Shown here piece after piece: positions 18,684 to 27,773 of a stretch of DNA of 64,000 nucleotides. Location of the stretch: positions 13,273 through 77,272 of the forward strand of contig CAINOC010000036.1 in assembly GCA_903851385.1 (NCBI GenBank), given 5' to 3'. The notes beneath the pieces were generated by a model. It was given only the letters and a program-made list of their open reading frames with translations, was not told the DNA's origin and searched no databases. This DNA is from an uncultured Chlorobiaceae bacterium. Lineage in GTDB: Bacteria; Bacteroidota; Chlorobiia; Chlorobiales; Chlorobiaceae. Position 1 is the first letter of the stretch, and each line of letters begins with the position of its first letter. The position numbers and the translations under genes were made by a program.

Positions 18684-19568
18684 GTGACAGTTCTGGAAGA
18701 GACGAAGCTTGCTCTTGGTACAGCTCAATTTGGTTTGCCATACGGCATTGCAAATCAAACCGGCCAGGTAAGCAGGGAGGATGTCTCTGCGATGCTGCAA
18801 CTTGCAGCATCCAATGGAATTGATACCCTTGATACGGCGATTGTCTATGGAGAGAGTGAAGTTGCTCTTGGGCATGCAGGTACTCAGGGTTTCAAGTTGG
18901 TGACAAAGCTGCCGGCACTGCCGAATGACTGCCCTCATGTTCTTACTTGGGTTATGGAGCAGGTTGGCGCCTCATTTACTCGTCTCGGGGTGAGCTCTTT
19001 TTATGCTTTGTTGCTGCATCGTCCGGAGCAACTGCTTGGTCCGCTTGGAAAAGAGTTGTATGAAGCATTATATGCCTTGAAAGAGCGCGGCAAAGTGCAA
19101 AAAGTCGGTGTTTCCATCTATAACCCTCTTGAACTGGATGAACTGACCCGACTATTTCATTTTGATCTTGTGCAAGCTCCTTTTAATATTATTGATAGTC
19201 GTCTCCATCGGACAGGCTGGCTTCAACGGCTCAAGGATGATGAGGTTGAAATTCATACCCGTTCAGCTTTTTTGCAGGGTTTGCTACTTATGCCGGAAGA
19301 GAACATGCCGTCAAAATTCACTCCCTGGAGTAATTTATTTCAGAGATGGTATACCTGGCTTGCAGAACACCATATCTCTGCAGTTCAGGCTTGTCTGGAA
19401 TTTTCACTCTCCTTTCCCGAAATTGATCGGGTTATAGTTGGCGCCGACAGCCTCAATCAGCTTGATGAAATTATTAAAGCTGCCCGCATGACAATTCCTG
19501 ACAATCTTCCTGATCTTTATTGTGAGGCAGAAAACCTTATTAATCCTGCACGCTGGTCCTGTTTATGA
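18684..19568 (+). CDS. Aldo/keto reductase
   Basis: LALGTAQFGLPYG, DTAIVYGESE, LLLHRP, GVSIY, VQAPFN, IHTRS.FLQGLL; GTG start. Confidence 0.88.
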   Translation: MTVLEETKLALGTAQFGLPYGIANQTGQVSREDVSAMLQLAASNGIDTLDTAIVYGESEVALGHAGTQGFKLVTKLPALPNDCPHVLTWVMEQVGASFTRLGVSSFYALLLHRPEQLLGPLGKELYEALYALKERGKVQKVGVSIYNPLELDELTRLFHFDLVQAPFNIIDSRLHRTGWLQRLKDDEVEIHTRSAFLQGLLLMPEENMPSKFTPWSNLFQRWYTWLAEHHISAVQACLEFSLSFPEIDRVIVGADSLNQLDEIIKAARMTIPDNLPDLYCEAENLINPARWSCL

Positions 19569-21592
19569 AAATCGTTGCCCTTGTTCAGGCCCGCATGGGT
19601 TCAACTCGCCTGCCAAATAAGGTTATGAAACTTATCGGTGGCATACCAATGATTGAGTTGTTGTTAGAAAGGTTATCAAAGTCAAACGAGCTTGACCAAA
19701 TTGTTGTAGCTACTTCAGTCGATAAACGCAATCAACCGCTGGTTTCCCATATAAGAAAGCTTGGTTATGCCTGTGAGCAGGGAAGTGAAAATGACGTTCT
19801 CGACCGCTATGTAGAGGCAGCTAAAGCCCACAATGCGGATGTGGTTGTCCGGATAACCGGTGACTGCCCGCTTGTCGATCCAGAGCTTGTTGACGAATGT
19901 ATTCGCGGGTTCAAGGCTGCCGGAGTTGATTACTATAGCAATGCCAATCCCCCCTCATATCCTGATGGTCTTGATGTAGAGGTTTTCAGTTATAAAGCTC
20001 TTGAAAAGGCGGCAAAGGAAGCCGAGGAGCCGTTTGAACGTGAGCATGTTACTCCTTATCTGCGCAAGTCCGCTCTTTTCAGTATTGCTTCAATGGAGCC
20101 TGTCGAGGATTTGTCTTCACTGCGCTGGACTGTTGATGATCCTGTAGACTTTGTTGTAATTGAAAGTGTGTTCCGGCATTTTCATCCGCGCACGGATTTC
20201 GCATGGAGGGAAGTGCTTGATCTCCAGCATCAACAGCCAGAAATATTCAGCATTAACAGGAATACCCCTCGTAACGAAGGAGCGACTATGGGTACCGGTC
20301 AGAAATTATGGAAACGCGCGAAGCAAATCATCCCTGGCGGCAACATGTTGCTTTCCAAACGAGCTGAAATGTTTCTTCCTGATCAATGGCCGGCCTATTT
20401 CAGTAAGGCCAAAGGCTGTAAAGTGTGGGATATGGACGGAAAAGAATATATCGATATGTCCATCATGGGAATTGGTACCAATATTCTTGGTTATGGTCAT
20501 CCGGAAGTCGACGACGCAGTGAGAGCAACTATTGATGCTGGTAACATGTCAACCTTCAATTGTCCGGAAGAGGTCTATTTGGCAGAGAAGTTGATTGAGC
20601 TGCATCCTTGGGCCGACATGGCTCGCCTTGCCCGTTCTGGGGGCGAAGCCAATGCAATAGCAATTCGTATAGCTCGTGCAGCTTCAGGCAAAGATAAAGT
20701 AGCTATTTGTGGCTATCATGGTTGGCACGACTGGTATCTTTCGGCAAATCTTGGTGACGACAAAAGTCTGGACGGACATTTATTACCAGGGCTTGAGCCT
20801 AATGGTGTTCCAAGAAGCTTGCGAGGCACTGTATTTCCTTTCAATTACAACAACATTGCTGAACTTGAAGCGCTGGTTAACACACATGATATCGGTGTGA
20901 TCAAGATGGAAGTTGTTCGTAACGCCGGACCTGAGGACAACTTTCTGCAAAAAGTTCGCCAGCTTGCTACAGATCGAGGTATTGTGCTGATTTTTGATGA
21001 GTGCACCTCGGGTTTCCGCGAAACTTATGGAGGTCTTCACAAAAAGTATGGGGTTGAGCCCGATATGGCCATGTTTGGTAAAGCCTTGGGTAATGGATAT
21101 GCTATCACAGCCACGATTGGTAGGCGCGAAGTCATGGAAGCTGCACAAACCACATTCATTAGCAGCACCTTCTGGACAGAGCGCATCGGCCCCACTGCCG
21201 CACTCAAAACGCTTGAAGTTATGGAACGGGTCAAATCTTGGGAAACAATCACCAAAACAGGTTTGATTATCCGACAAGGCTGGCAGCAACTTGCCGATAA
21301 GCATGATCTTAAGTTAAATGATTGGGGATTGCCTGCGCTTACAGGGTTTTCTTTTTTAGCGACCAATGCGCTTGCTTACAAGACCCTTGTTACCCAGGAA
21401 ATGCTTGCTAAAGGCTATCTTGCTGGTAACAGTGTCTATGTTTGTACTGAACATACTTCGGTTGTCGTGGCTGATTTCCTTGAAGCGCTTGATCCAATAT
21501 TTGCTCTTATCAAAGAGTGCGAAGAAGGACGGGATGTAATGAGCCTGCTGAAAGGCCCGATATGCCATGGTGGTTTTAAACGATTGAATTGA
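19565..21592 (+). CDS. SpsF-type cytidylyltransferase fused to a class III aminotransferase
   Basis: N-domain QARMGSTRLPNK, GSENDVLDRY, RITGDCPL, REHVTP, RWTVD; C-domain IPGG, DMDGKEYID, SGGEAN, GYHGWHDW, FDECTSGFR, FGKALGNG. Confidence 0.88.
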   Translation: MKIVALVQARMGSTRLPNKVMKLIGGIPMIELLLERLSKSNELDQIVVATSVDKRNQPLVSHIRKLGYACEQGSENDVLDRYVEAAKAHNADVVVRITGDCPLVDPELVDECIRGFKAAGVDYYSNANPPSYPDGLDVEVFSYKALEKAAKEAEEPFEREHVTPYLRKSALFSIASMEPVEDLSSLRWTVDDPVDFVVIESVFRHFHPRTDFAWREVLDLQHQQPEIFSINRNTPRNEGATMGTGQKLWKRAKQIIPGGNMLLSKRAEMFLPDQWPAYFSKAKGCKVWDMDGKEYIDMSIMGIGTNILGYGHPEVDDAVRATIDAGNMSTFNCPEEVYLAEKLIELHPWADMARLARSGGEANAIAIRIARAASGKDKVAICGYHGWHDWYLSANLGDDKSLDGHLLPGLEPNGVPRSLRGTVFPFNYNNIAELEALVNTHDIGVIKMEVVRNAGPEDNFLQKVRQLATDRGIVLIFDECTSGFRETYGGLHKKYGVEPDMAMFGKALGNGYAITATIGRREVMEAAQTTFISSTFWTERIGPTAALKTLEVMERVKSWETITKTGLIIRQGWQQLADKHDLKLNDWGLPALTGFSFLATNALAYKTLVTQEMLAKGYLAGNSVYVCTEHTSVVVADFLEALDPIFALIKECEEGRDVMSLLKGPICHGGFKRLN

Positions 21593-23110
21593 ATGACTTC
21601 GATGAATATTGCCATTCGTATCGATGCTTCAAGCCAAATCGGAACCGGACATTTTATGCGTTGCTTAACTTTAGCCGATGCGTTGAGCCTGCGAGGGGCA
21701 CAAATTCGCTTTATCAGCCGTAATTTACTAGAGCACTTGCAGGATTTGTTGCTGAATAAGGGTTATGAATTCATGATGCTTAAGAAGCAAACAAATGAAA
21801 CGTCTAGTGATGACTTGGCTCATTCTCATTGGCTGGGGGCTACTCAGCAATACGATGCAGATGAGGCGCTTAAACTCCTCTCAGATAGAATCTGGGATTG
21901 GCTGGTTGTTGATCATTACGCATTGGATGCTCGCTGGGAGTCAGCACTTCGAAAATCAGCAAAGCGAATTTTGGTTATTGACGATCTTGCTGATCGTATG
22001 CATGACTGCGATATATTGCTCGATCAGAATTATTATGCAGATAAGGAAACACGCTACACAGGGAAGGTTCCTGCAAACTGCCAGCTATTGCTTGGGCCGC
22101 GTTATGCTCTTCTTCGAGAAGAATTCCGTCAATGGCGTCAGCAGGTTAAACCTCGCACCGGACTAGTAAAAAGAATCCTTGTGTTTTTTGGTGGCGTTGA
22201 TGCCGATAACTTCACAGGATTAACCATTGAAGCACTGGCTGGTCTTGGTCTGAGCGGGGTGCATATTGATGTAGTCATAGGGGCACAACATCCTTATCGT
22301 GAACAGATTGAATCAGCGTGTTTAGAATATATGTTTTCCTGTTATGTACAAACTGATCGAATGGCAGAGTTGATGGCAAAAGCAGACTTGGCTATTGGAG
22401 CAGGAGGTTCCGCGACTTGGGAGCGTTGTTGTTTAGGATTACCAGCATTTGCAATCTGCACAGCTTCAAATCAGAGCAAGCAGGTTGCCGATGCTGCCAG
22501 CAGAGGGTTGCTGTACACATCTGAAATAAATGACGGCTTAAAGACTTTGATCAAGCGTCATTTACCTGCACTCATAGACAATAGCCACTTGATTAAATTC
22601 ATCTCAAATAATGACTTGCAAACTGTTGATGGTAGAGGTGTTTCGCGAGTCATCAGAAACATGGGTTGCAGCAGGATTGAAATTCGAATTGCAACAGAAG
22701 GTGACTCGGAGAAAATTTTCGAGTGGCGTAATCACCAAACAGTCAGGGCTGTGTCGCGTAACAGTGAGGTAATCAGTTGGGAGGATCATCAGAAATGGCT
22801 TGCTGAAGTCCTGTCATCTCAAGTACAAGCGTTGCTTATTGGGTATAGTAATGGCTTGGAAATAGGTGTGGTTCGATTTGATAGCAGGGATTATGAAGCT
22901 GAAGTTTCGATCTATCTTGTTCCTGGTATAAAAGAATCTGGATTAGGAAGCGACCTTTTACAGATTGGTGAGCAGTGGTTTACAACTCACTTTCCCCAAA
23001 TTCAAAAAATCTTTGCTTGTGTTCTCGGAGATAACAGCCGTTCTAACCATCTGTTTTTGGGGGCAGGCTATCGGGTTGAGTCAACCTCTTACATTAAAGA
23101 GCTCGCATGA
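21593..23110 (+). CDS. pseG: PseG UDP-sugar hydrolase fused to a PseH-like GNAT N-acetyltransferase
   Basis: RIDAS.QIGTGH.MRC, VDHY, VIDDLADR, FFGGVD, GAGGSATWERC; C-terminal GNAT domain (IFEWRNH..VR...). Confidence 0.88.
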   Translation: MTSMNIAIRIDASSQIGTGHFMRCLTLADALSLRGAQIRFISRNLLEHLQDLLLNKGYEFMMLKKQTNETSSDDLAHSHWLGATQQYDADEALKLLSDRIWDWLVVDHYALDARWESALRKSAKRILVIDDLADRMHDCDILLDQNYYADKETRYTGKVPANCQLLLGPRYALLREEFRQWRQQVKPRTGLVKRILVFFGGVDADNFTGLTIEALAGLGLSGVHIDVVIGAQHPYREQIESACLEYMFSCYVQTDRMAELMAKADLAIGAGGSATWERCCLGLPAFAICTASNQSKQVADAASRGLLYTSEINDGLKTLIKRHLPALIDNSHLIKFISNNDLQTVDGRGVSRVIRNMGCSRIEIRIATEGDSEKIFEWRNHQTVRAVSRNSEVISWEDHQKWLAEVLSSQVQALLIGYSNGLEIGVVRFDSRDYEAEVSIYLVPGIKESGLGSDLLQIGEQWFTTHFPQIQKIFACVLGDNSRSNHLFLGAGYRVESTSYIKELA

Positions 23111-24165
23111 CTATGATTGATGGGTTCAAAATAGCTGACAGGATGATAGGGAAAAACCATTCTCCTTTCATCATAGCAGAAATGTCTGGCAACCATAACC
23201 AGTCACTTGATCGGGCATTGGAAATCGTTGAAGCTTTAGCAATGTCCGGTGCTCACGCCTTGAAAATTCAGACCTATACTCCTGAAACAATGACTCTTGA
23301 TCTGGATGAGCGTGAGTTTCATATCAGTGACCCAAATAGTTTATGGGCAGGCACATCGCTATATAAGCTTTACAGCGAAGCATATACTCCATGGGAGTGG
23401 CACAAGCCGATTTTTGATCGGGCACACGAACTAGGTCTGATTCCGTTTAGTACGCCTTTTGATGATACAGCAGTCGACTTTCTTGAAACTCTTGATGTGC
23501 CATGTTATAAGATAGCCTCGTTTGAGAACACAGATATACCTCTTATTCGTCGGGTGGTTGCCACAGGAAAGCCAGTGATTATTTCAACAGGCATGGCAAC
23601 CGTTGCCGAACTGGACGAAACAGTTCGAGCAGCACGCGAAGCTGGCTGCAAAGACTTGATTCTGCTCAAGTGTACTAGCACCTATCCAGCTACTGCAGAT
23701 AACACTAATATTTTAACTATCCCACATCTTCGTAATCTCTTCGATTGTGAAGTAGGGCTATCCGATCACACTATGGGTGTTGGGGTTTCAGTTGCCAGTG
23801 TTGCACTTGGTGCAACTGTTATCGAGAAACACTTCACTCTTAATCGTGCTGATGGAGGTGTAGACAGTGCATTCTCAATGGAGCCAGCTGAAATGGCCCA
23901 ACTCGTGTTAGAAACAGAACGAGCATGGCAGTCCCTCGGTCAAGTTAGCTATGGTACTACAGAAGCTGAAATAAAGTCTCTTCAATATCGCCGATCACTC
24001 TATGTGGTAAAAGACCTTAAAGCAGGAGATGTTCTCACTCATGACAATGTGCGCGCAATTCGACCGGGATTAGGTATAGCGACTAAGTATATTGATGTGG
24101 TTATAGGAAAAACAGTGAAGCAGAATGTGACGCGAGGAACAGCTATGTCTTGGGCAATCTTGTGA
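23107..24165 (+). CDS. pseI: Pseudaminic acid synthase
   Basis: IAEMSGNHNQS, KIQTYT, AYTPWEWH, KIASFE.TD, KCTSTYP, GLSDHT, EKHFTL.R.DGGVDS.FS, SAF domain. Confidence 0.93.
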   Translation: MTMIDGFKIADRMIGKNHSPFIIAEMSGNHNQSLDRALEIVEALAMSGAHALKIQTYTPETMTLDLDEREFHISDPNSLWAGTSLYKLYSEAYTPWEWHKPIFDRAHELGLIPFSTPFDDTAVDFLETLDVPCYKIASFENTDIPLIRRVVATGKPVIISTGMATVAELDETVRAAREAGCKDLILLKCTSTYPATADNTNILTIPHLRNLFDCEVGLSDHTMGVGVSVASVALGATVIEKHFTLNRADGGVDSAFSMEPAEMAQLVLETERAWQSLGQVSYGTTEAEIKSLQYRRSLYVVKDLKAGDVLTHDNVRAIRPGLGIATKYIDVVIGKTVKQNVTRGTAMSWAIL

Positions 24166-24234
24166 GATCGAGAACATGAGCCACGATTCAATATTATGAG
24201 TTTTCATTCAATCTATTAAATCCCAAAAGGTAAT

Positions 24235-25242
24235 ATGATGCTTCAAAAGTTAAAACAAAGCCTGCACTTACTTGCCCCTGCATCTATATTATCACAAACA
24301 GAATTTGGTAAGCTGACAGGGGAATTTTCCTTGAAAGCTTTGGATGTGGGAGCAAGAGGTGGCTTTGATACTTTACTGACTCCTATTGCTGATATCGTCG
24401 AATTCATTGGTTTTGAACCTGATGAAGCGGAAGTTAAACGACTCGAAGCTGATCGTTTATCGAAAGGTCCCTGGGCAAGCGTTCGGTACTTGCCAGTGGC
24501 ATTAGGTAATACTGCTGATTCTAGATTGTTGTTTTTGACGCAGAGTCCTGGTTGTTCCTCTTTGTTGCCATCCAACCCTTATATGTACACTCGTTATGGT
24601 AGGGAGGAACTTTTCACGGTGGTTGGCACCACCGAAGTGGCGACTGTTATGCTTGATGATGCGGCGAGTAAGTATTCATTCCAAGAGGCTTCATATTTAA
24701 AGATAGATATTCAGGGTGCTGAACTGGAAGTTCTTAAAACAGGCCAAAAGCTTCTTTCAGACTCTATTGTTGCTATTCGTGCGGAGGTCGAGTTCCAGCA
24801 AATTTATAAAGATCAACCGCTTTTTCGAGATATCGATACTTTTCTTTCGGAGCAAGGTTTTCACCTCGTTGACTTTCATCAACCTGTCACTTGGCCTTTG
24901 CAAGCTTCTGGGGCTTCTTTAAAGAGTCCTTTTGTGATTGGTCGTGATTGCTTGGGCGAACTGATTCATGCAGATGCTTTGTATTTTCGGAACCTTGATG
25001 ATTTTTCCGATGCCAATGAGAACGGGATTTCCGTTTGTATAAAAGCGGCCATGATTGCTCTTGCTTATGGACGCCTTTCTTATGCTGCCGTATTATTTAG
25101 TAAAAAGCGGGTTAAAGAGTATCTCGCAAATGCTTATGGTGTCGATGTTGAGAAAGCGATGGAAGAAGCAAAGTTGATGATGATTAAGCACAACAAAAGA
25201 AATCGATTATTGTCATTGGTCCGTCTTATCCTTGGTAGATAA
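24235..25242 (+). CDS. FkbM-family methyltransferase
   Basis: LDVGARGG, GFEPD, LKIDIQGAELEVL, EVEF..IYK.QPLF. Confidence 0.85.
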   Translation: MMLQKLKQSLHLLAPASILSQTEFGKLTGEFSLKALDVGARGGFDTLLTPIADIVEFIGFEPDEAEVKRLEADRLSKGPWASVRYLPVALGNTADSRLLFLTQSPGCSSLLPSNPYMYTRYGREELFTVVGTTEVATVMLDDAASKYSFQEASYLKIDIQGAELEVLKTGQKLLSDSIVAIRAEVEFQQIYKDQPLFRDIDTFLSEQGFHLVDFHQPVTWPLQASGASLKSPFVIGRDCLGELIHADALYFRNLDDFSDANENGISVCIKAAMIALAYGRLSYAAVLFSKKRVKEYLANAYGVDVEKAMEEAKLMMIKHNKRNRLLSLVRLILGR

Positions 25243-25443
25243 TGTTAAAGATATCCTTTTCATTATGCTTGTAATCAAAAGAGACCGGGTGAGTGAATAA
25301 ATTGCATTGAGCGCAGTTCAAATTCTTCCTTAAGGAATAATTAGTTGAATATTGGGTTATTAGTATGTATTCGAGGGGCAGGTGAAAGGCTAAGGCCCGC
25401 TATAGAGAGACAGAAGTTGCGTCATCCCCTAAAAGAAATTTTT

Positions 25444-26565
25444 ATGAGTAAGTTGAGAGTTCTTGCTCCACTTACCCAGATTCCTCTAGTGTTATCTAAA
25501 GAGATAAGGTTTTTCTTGCCTTCATATCCAATTCCAAATTCAAAAGCATTTGCAGTCGTTCATGAGCTCTGTGCTGCCGGGATATCAAGGAGTATGATTT
25601 GGATCCCAGGGCCTTCTGAACAATATACAGTAACTAGCTTCACACGCTTGTTGTTTCGTCTTCCAAGGGCCTTGTTTTTCTTGCTTATTGTAGTGAGTCG
25701 TGCTCCTGGTCTTGACTGCATTGATCTTCAAATATTACTTGGTAGGGAGGTTTTTCGACACTTCTTGTATCGTCATCCAATGGTTAAACCAATCATCATC
25801 AGCGATGTGAGTCCTGGTCTTCACATGCTCTGGAGTGCAGCAACAATAGCAGGATGTGGCGCACTGTGGTGGCAAGACGATTATCATCATATCGAATCAC
25901 TGCCATACCCTGTTGTAGCAGCAGCTGTACTGAATCATGGCGGTTATGAGGCTGTTTTGCGATCATCGCCATTAGCAATGATTGTTTCTCGCCCATCAGT
26001 CATACTTAAGCCCATTCGTCCAATTCCCGATCACCCGAGAGTAGGAATTGCCACAAATAACTTTATTGTTGCAAGTTCGGAACAGCGAGAGCTTCTGGAT
26101 CAGATTCGTCAAGCATTTGGTGTCGCCGAGCTTTATATTCGCCTTCACCCGAACAGCAAGCTTGTACCCGCTGACTTTCCAGAGCATTGGATAACAATAG
26201 CTCCAGTTGATGAGTCCTTCGAGCAGTTTGCCTCAAAAATAGATATTGTTGTTGTTGGAAATTCTGCAGTTCAGTTAAGACTTATTTGCGAAGGGGTGCC
26301 GGTGCTGCATATTTCAGGGTTAGACCCTCATGGTTATGACTTATATGGATATTGCAAAAGGGGGTTTACATACGGTGCTGAAATAATAGGTAATAACATC
26401 TTGTCTGATATCACCACTTATTTTAACAACTCAGAATCTCAAGTTCGACTTGCTGATTATGTTGGAGTTAGTGATAATGTCAAATTGGAAGGACTTTCAC
26501 AACTGAATTATTGTTTATATGGAGCTCCTCGAAGACCATATAGACCAAAGGTGCTTGTTTTATGA
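25444..26565 (+). CDS. Hypothetical protein, putative CMP-ulosonate-dependent GT-B transferase
   Basis: C-half has IRLHP and VVGNSAVQL..ICEGVPV, resembling the HP and NST motifs of KpsS/sialyltransferase-like folds. Confidence 0.45.
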   Translation: MSKLRVLAPLTQIPLVLSKEIRFFLPSYPIPNSKAFAVVHELCAAGISRSMIWIPGPSEQYTVTSFTRLLFRLPRALFFLLIVVSRAPGLDCIDLQILLGREVFRHFLYRHPMVKPIIISDVSPGLHMLWSAATIAGCGALWWQDDYHHIESLPYPVVAAAVLNHGGYEAVLRSSPLAMIVSRPSVILKPIRPIPDHPRVGIATNNFIVASSEQRELLDQIRQAFGVAELYIRLHPNSKLVPADFPEHWITIAPVDESFEQFASKIDIVVVGNSAVQLRLICEGVPVLHISGLDPHGYDLYGYCKRGFTYGAEIIGNNILSDITTYFNNSESQVRLADYVGVSDNVKLEGLSQLNYCLYGAPRRPYRPKVLVL

Positions 26566-27773
26566 CAGCTCAAAACCCCACTATTGCCTTTCTTCTTTCA
26601 ATGTCTCTCGATCCTATTGCGGGAGGGGTTCAAAGAACTACCTGGCAGCTAGGGCACTATTTCGCTCAACAAGGTTGGGAAGTTTTATTTATATCATTGG
26701 CTTTGGATGGTCATAAGACTCCCTTAGCCGGTAGTTTGCATTTTCCAAGTGAAGATATCAATGGAGATTCCAGACTTCTCAAGCGCTTTCTTGCTTCGAC
26801 CTTTCAAAATCAACCTCCCGATGTTGTCATTAATCATACTGAGTTGCTTTCAGTCTCTGATAAAGTATTGTTTGAATTACGCCAAACAGAATTTTCATAT
26901 AGAATAGTATCCTGCTTTAGGAATAATCCTTCTATGTTTAAAGATAATCATCGATCTCTTGTTCGTCATCTGTTGCGCAACAAACGTTGGTTCCTTTTTT
27001 TAATTGATCACCCACTGGGTTGGAGGATTGTGTTACTATGGCATCGATTGAAAAATCGGCATGTGTTTTACCAGGTTTTATCACGCTGTGATCGGTATAT
27101 GCTTCTTTCACCGACGTTCATTTCTGAATTGCGCTGGTATGTTCCAGGTTTGGACCAATCTAAAATTGTTATCATTCCGAATGCTTTCCAGATGCCGGAC
27201 ATAAGTGTTTTACCGACAAAGCGCAAGCACCTCTTGTTTGTTGGCCGGTTGGAGCAGGCACAAAAAAATATTCTTATGTTGCCGAATATCTGGCAGAAAG
27301 TTCAGCACCGTCTTCCAGAATGGGAGCTTCATATCGTTGGTGATGGACCCGACAGGGCAGAGCTCGAATCGAAAATCGAGAAGGTGTCTCTTGAGCGGAT
27401 TTACCTGCATGGGAAGATGGACCCGACAGATCATTATCGTGCTGCAAAAGTTTTTCTCATGGTTTCTTTTTTTGAGGGGTTTGGGAATACGCTGATTGAA
27501 GCGCAAATGCATGGTGTTGTGCCAGTTGCCTTTCGAAGCTATTCAGCAGTGGAGTGGATGTTGAATGATGGAGTCGATGCAGTGCTTGTTCCTCCCTTTG
27601 ATGTAGATCGTTATGCAAATGCATTGGTTCAGTTGGCCACAGATGAAGATAGGTGGACTTGTATGAGTGCTGCGGCAGTATCTAATGCACAACGTTTCTC
27701 CGAAAAAGTTGTCGGAGATATCTGGTTTAAAGTTCTGTCAGATGTGATGAACGAGCCTCTTGTATCATCGTAA
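26562..27773 (+). CDS. GT4 glycosyltransferase
   Basis: GGVQR, LFVGRLEQAQK, IVGDGP, FEGFGNTLIEAQMHG. Confidence 0.88.
   Translation: MTAQNPTIAFLLSMSLDPIAGGVQRTTWQLGHYFAQQGWEVLFISLALDGHKTPLAGSLHFPSEDINGDSRLLKRFLASTFQNQPPDVVINHTELLSVSDKVLFELRQTEFSYRIVSCFRNNPSMFKDNHRSLVRHLLRNKRWFLFLIDHPLGWRIVLLWHRLKNRHVFYQVLSRCDRYMLLSPTFISELRWYVPGLDQSKIVIIPNAFQMPDISVLPTKRKHLLFVGRLEQAQKNILMLPNIWQKVQHRLPEWELHIVGDGPDRAELESKIEKVSLERIYLHGKMDPTDHYRAAKVFLMVSFFEGFGNTLIEAQMHGVVPVAFRSYSAVEWMLNDGVDAVLVPPFDVDRYANALVQLATDEDRWTCMSAAAVSNAQRFSEKVVGDIWFKVLSDVMNEPLVSS

Noticed and set aside
18476-18685. Spacer ending in GTTAGGT as an integron attC site or a pseudogene
   Set aside because: No matching RYYYAAC inverse core or internal symmetry; no recognisable translation in any + strand frame.
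20783-21304. Long antisense ORFs (also 50492-51001 and 60028-60573)
   Set aside because: They are shadows of well-supported genes on the opposite strand and carry no motifs.
20280-21592. hemL (GSA aminomutase)
   Set aside because: The domain is fused to a cytidylyltransferase inside the pse block.
25326-25337. 12-bp palindrome TTCCTTAAGGAA before the HP-motif gene
   Set aside because: Too short in AT-rich DNA to support on its own.
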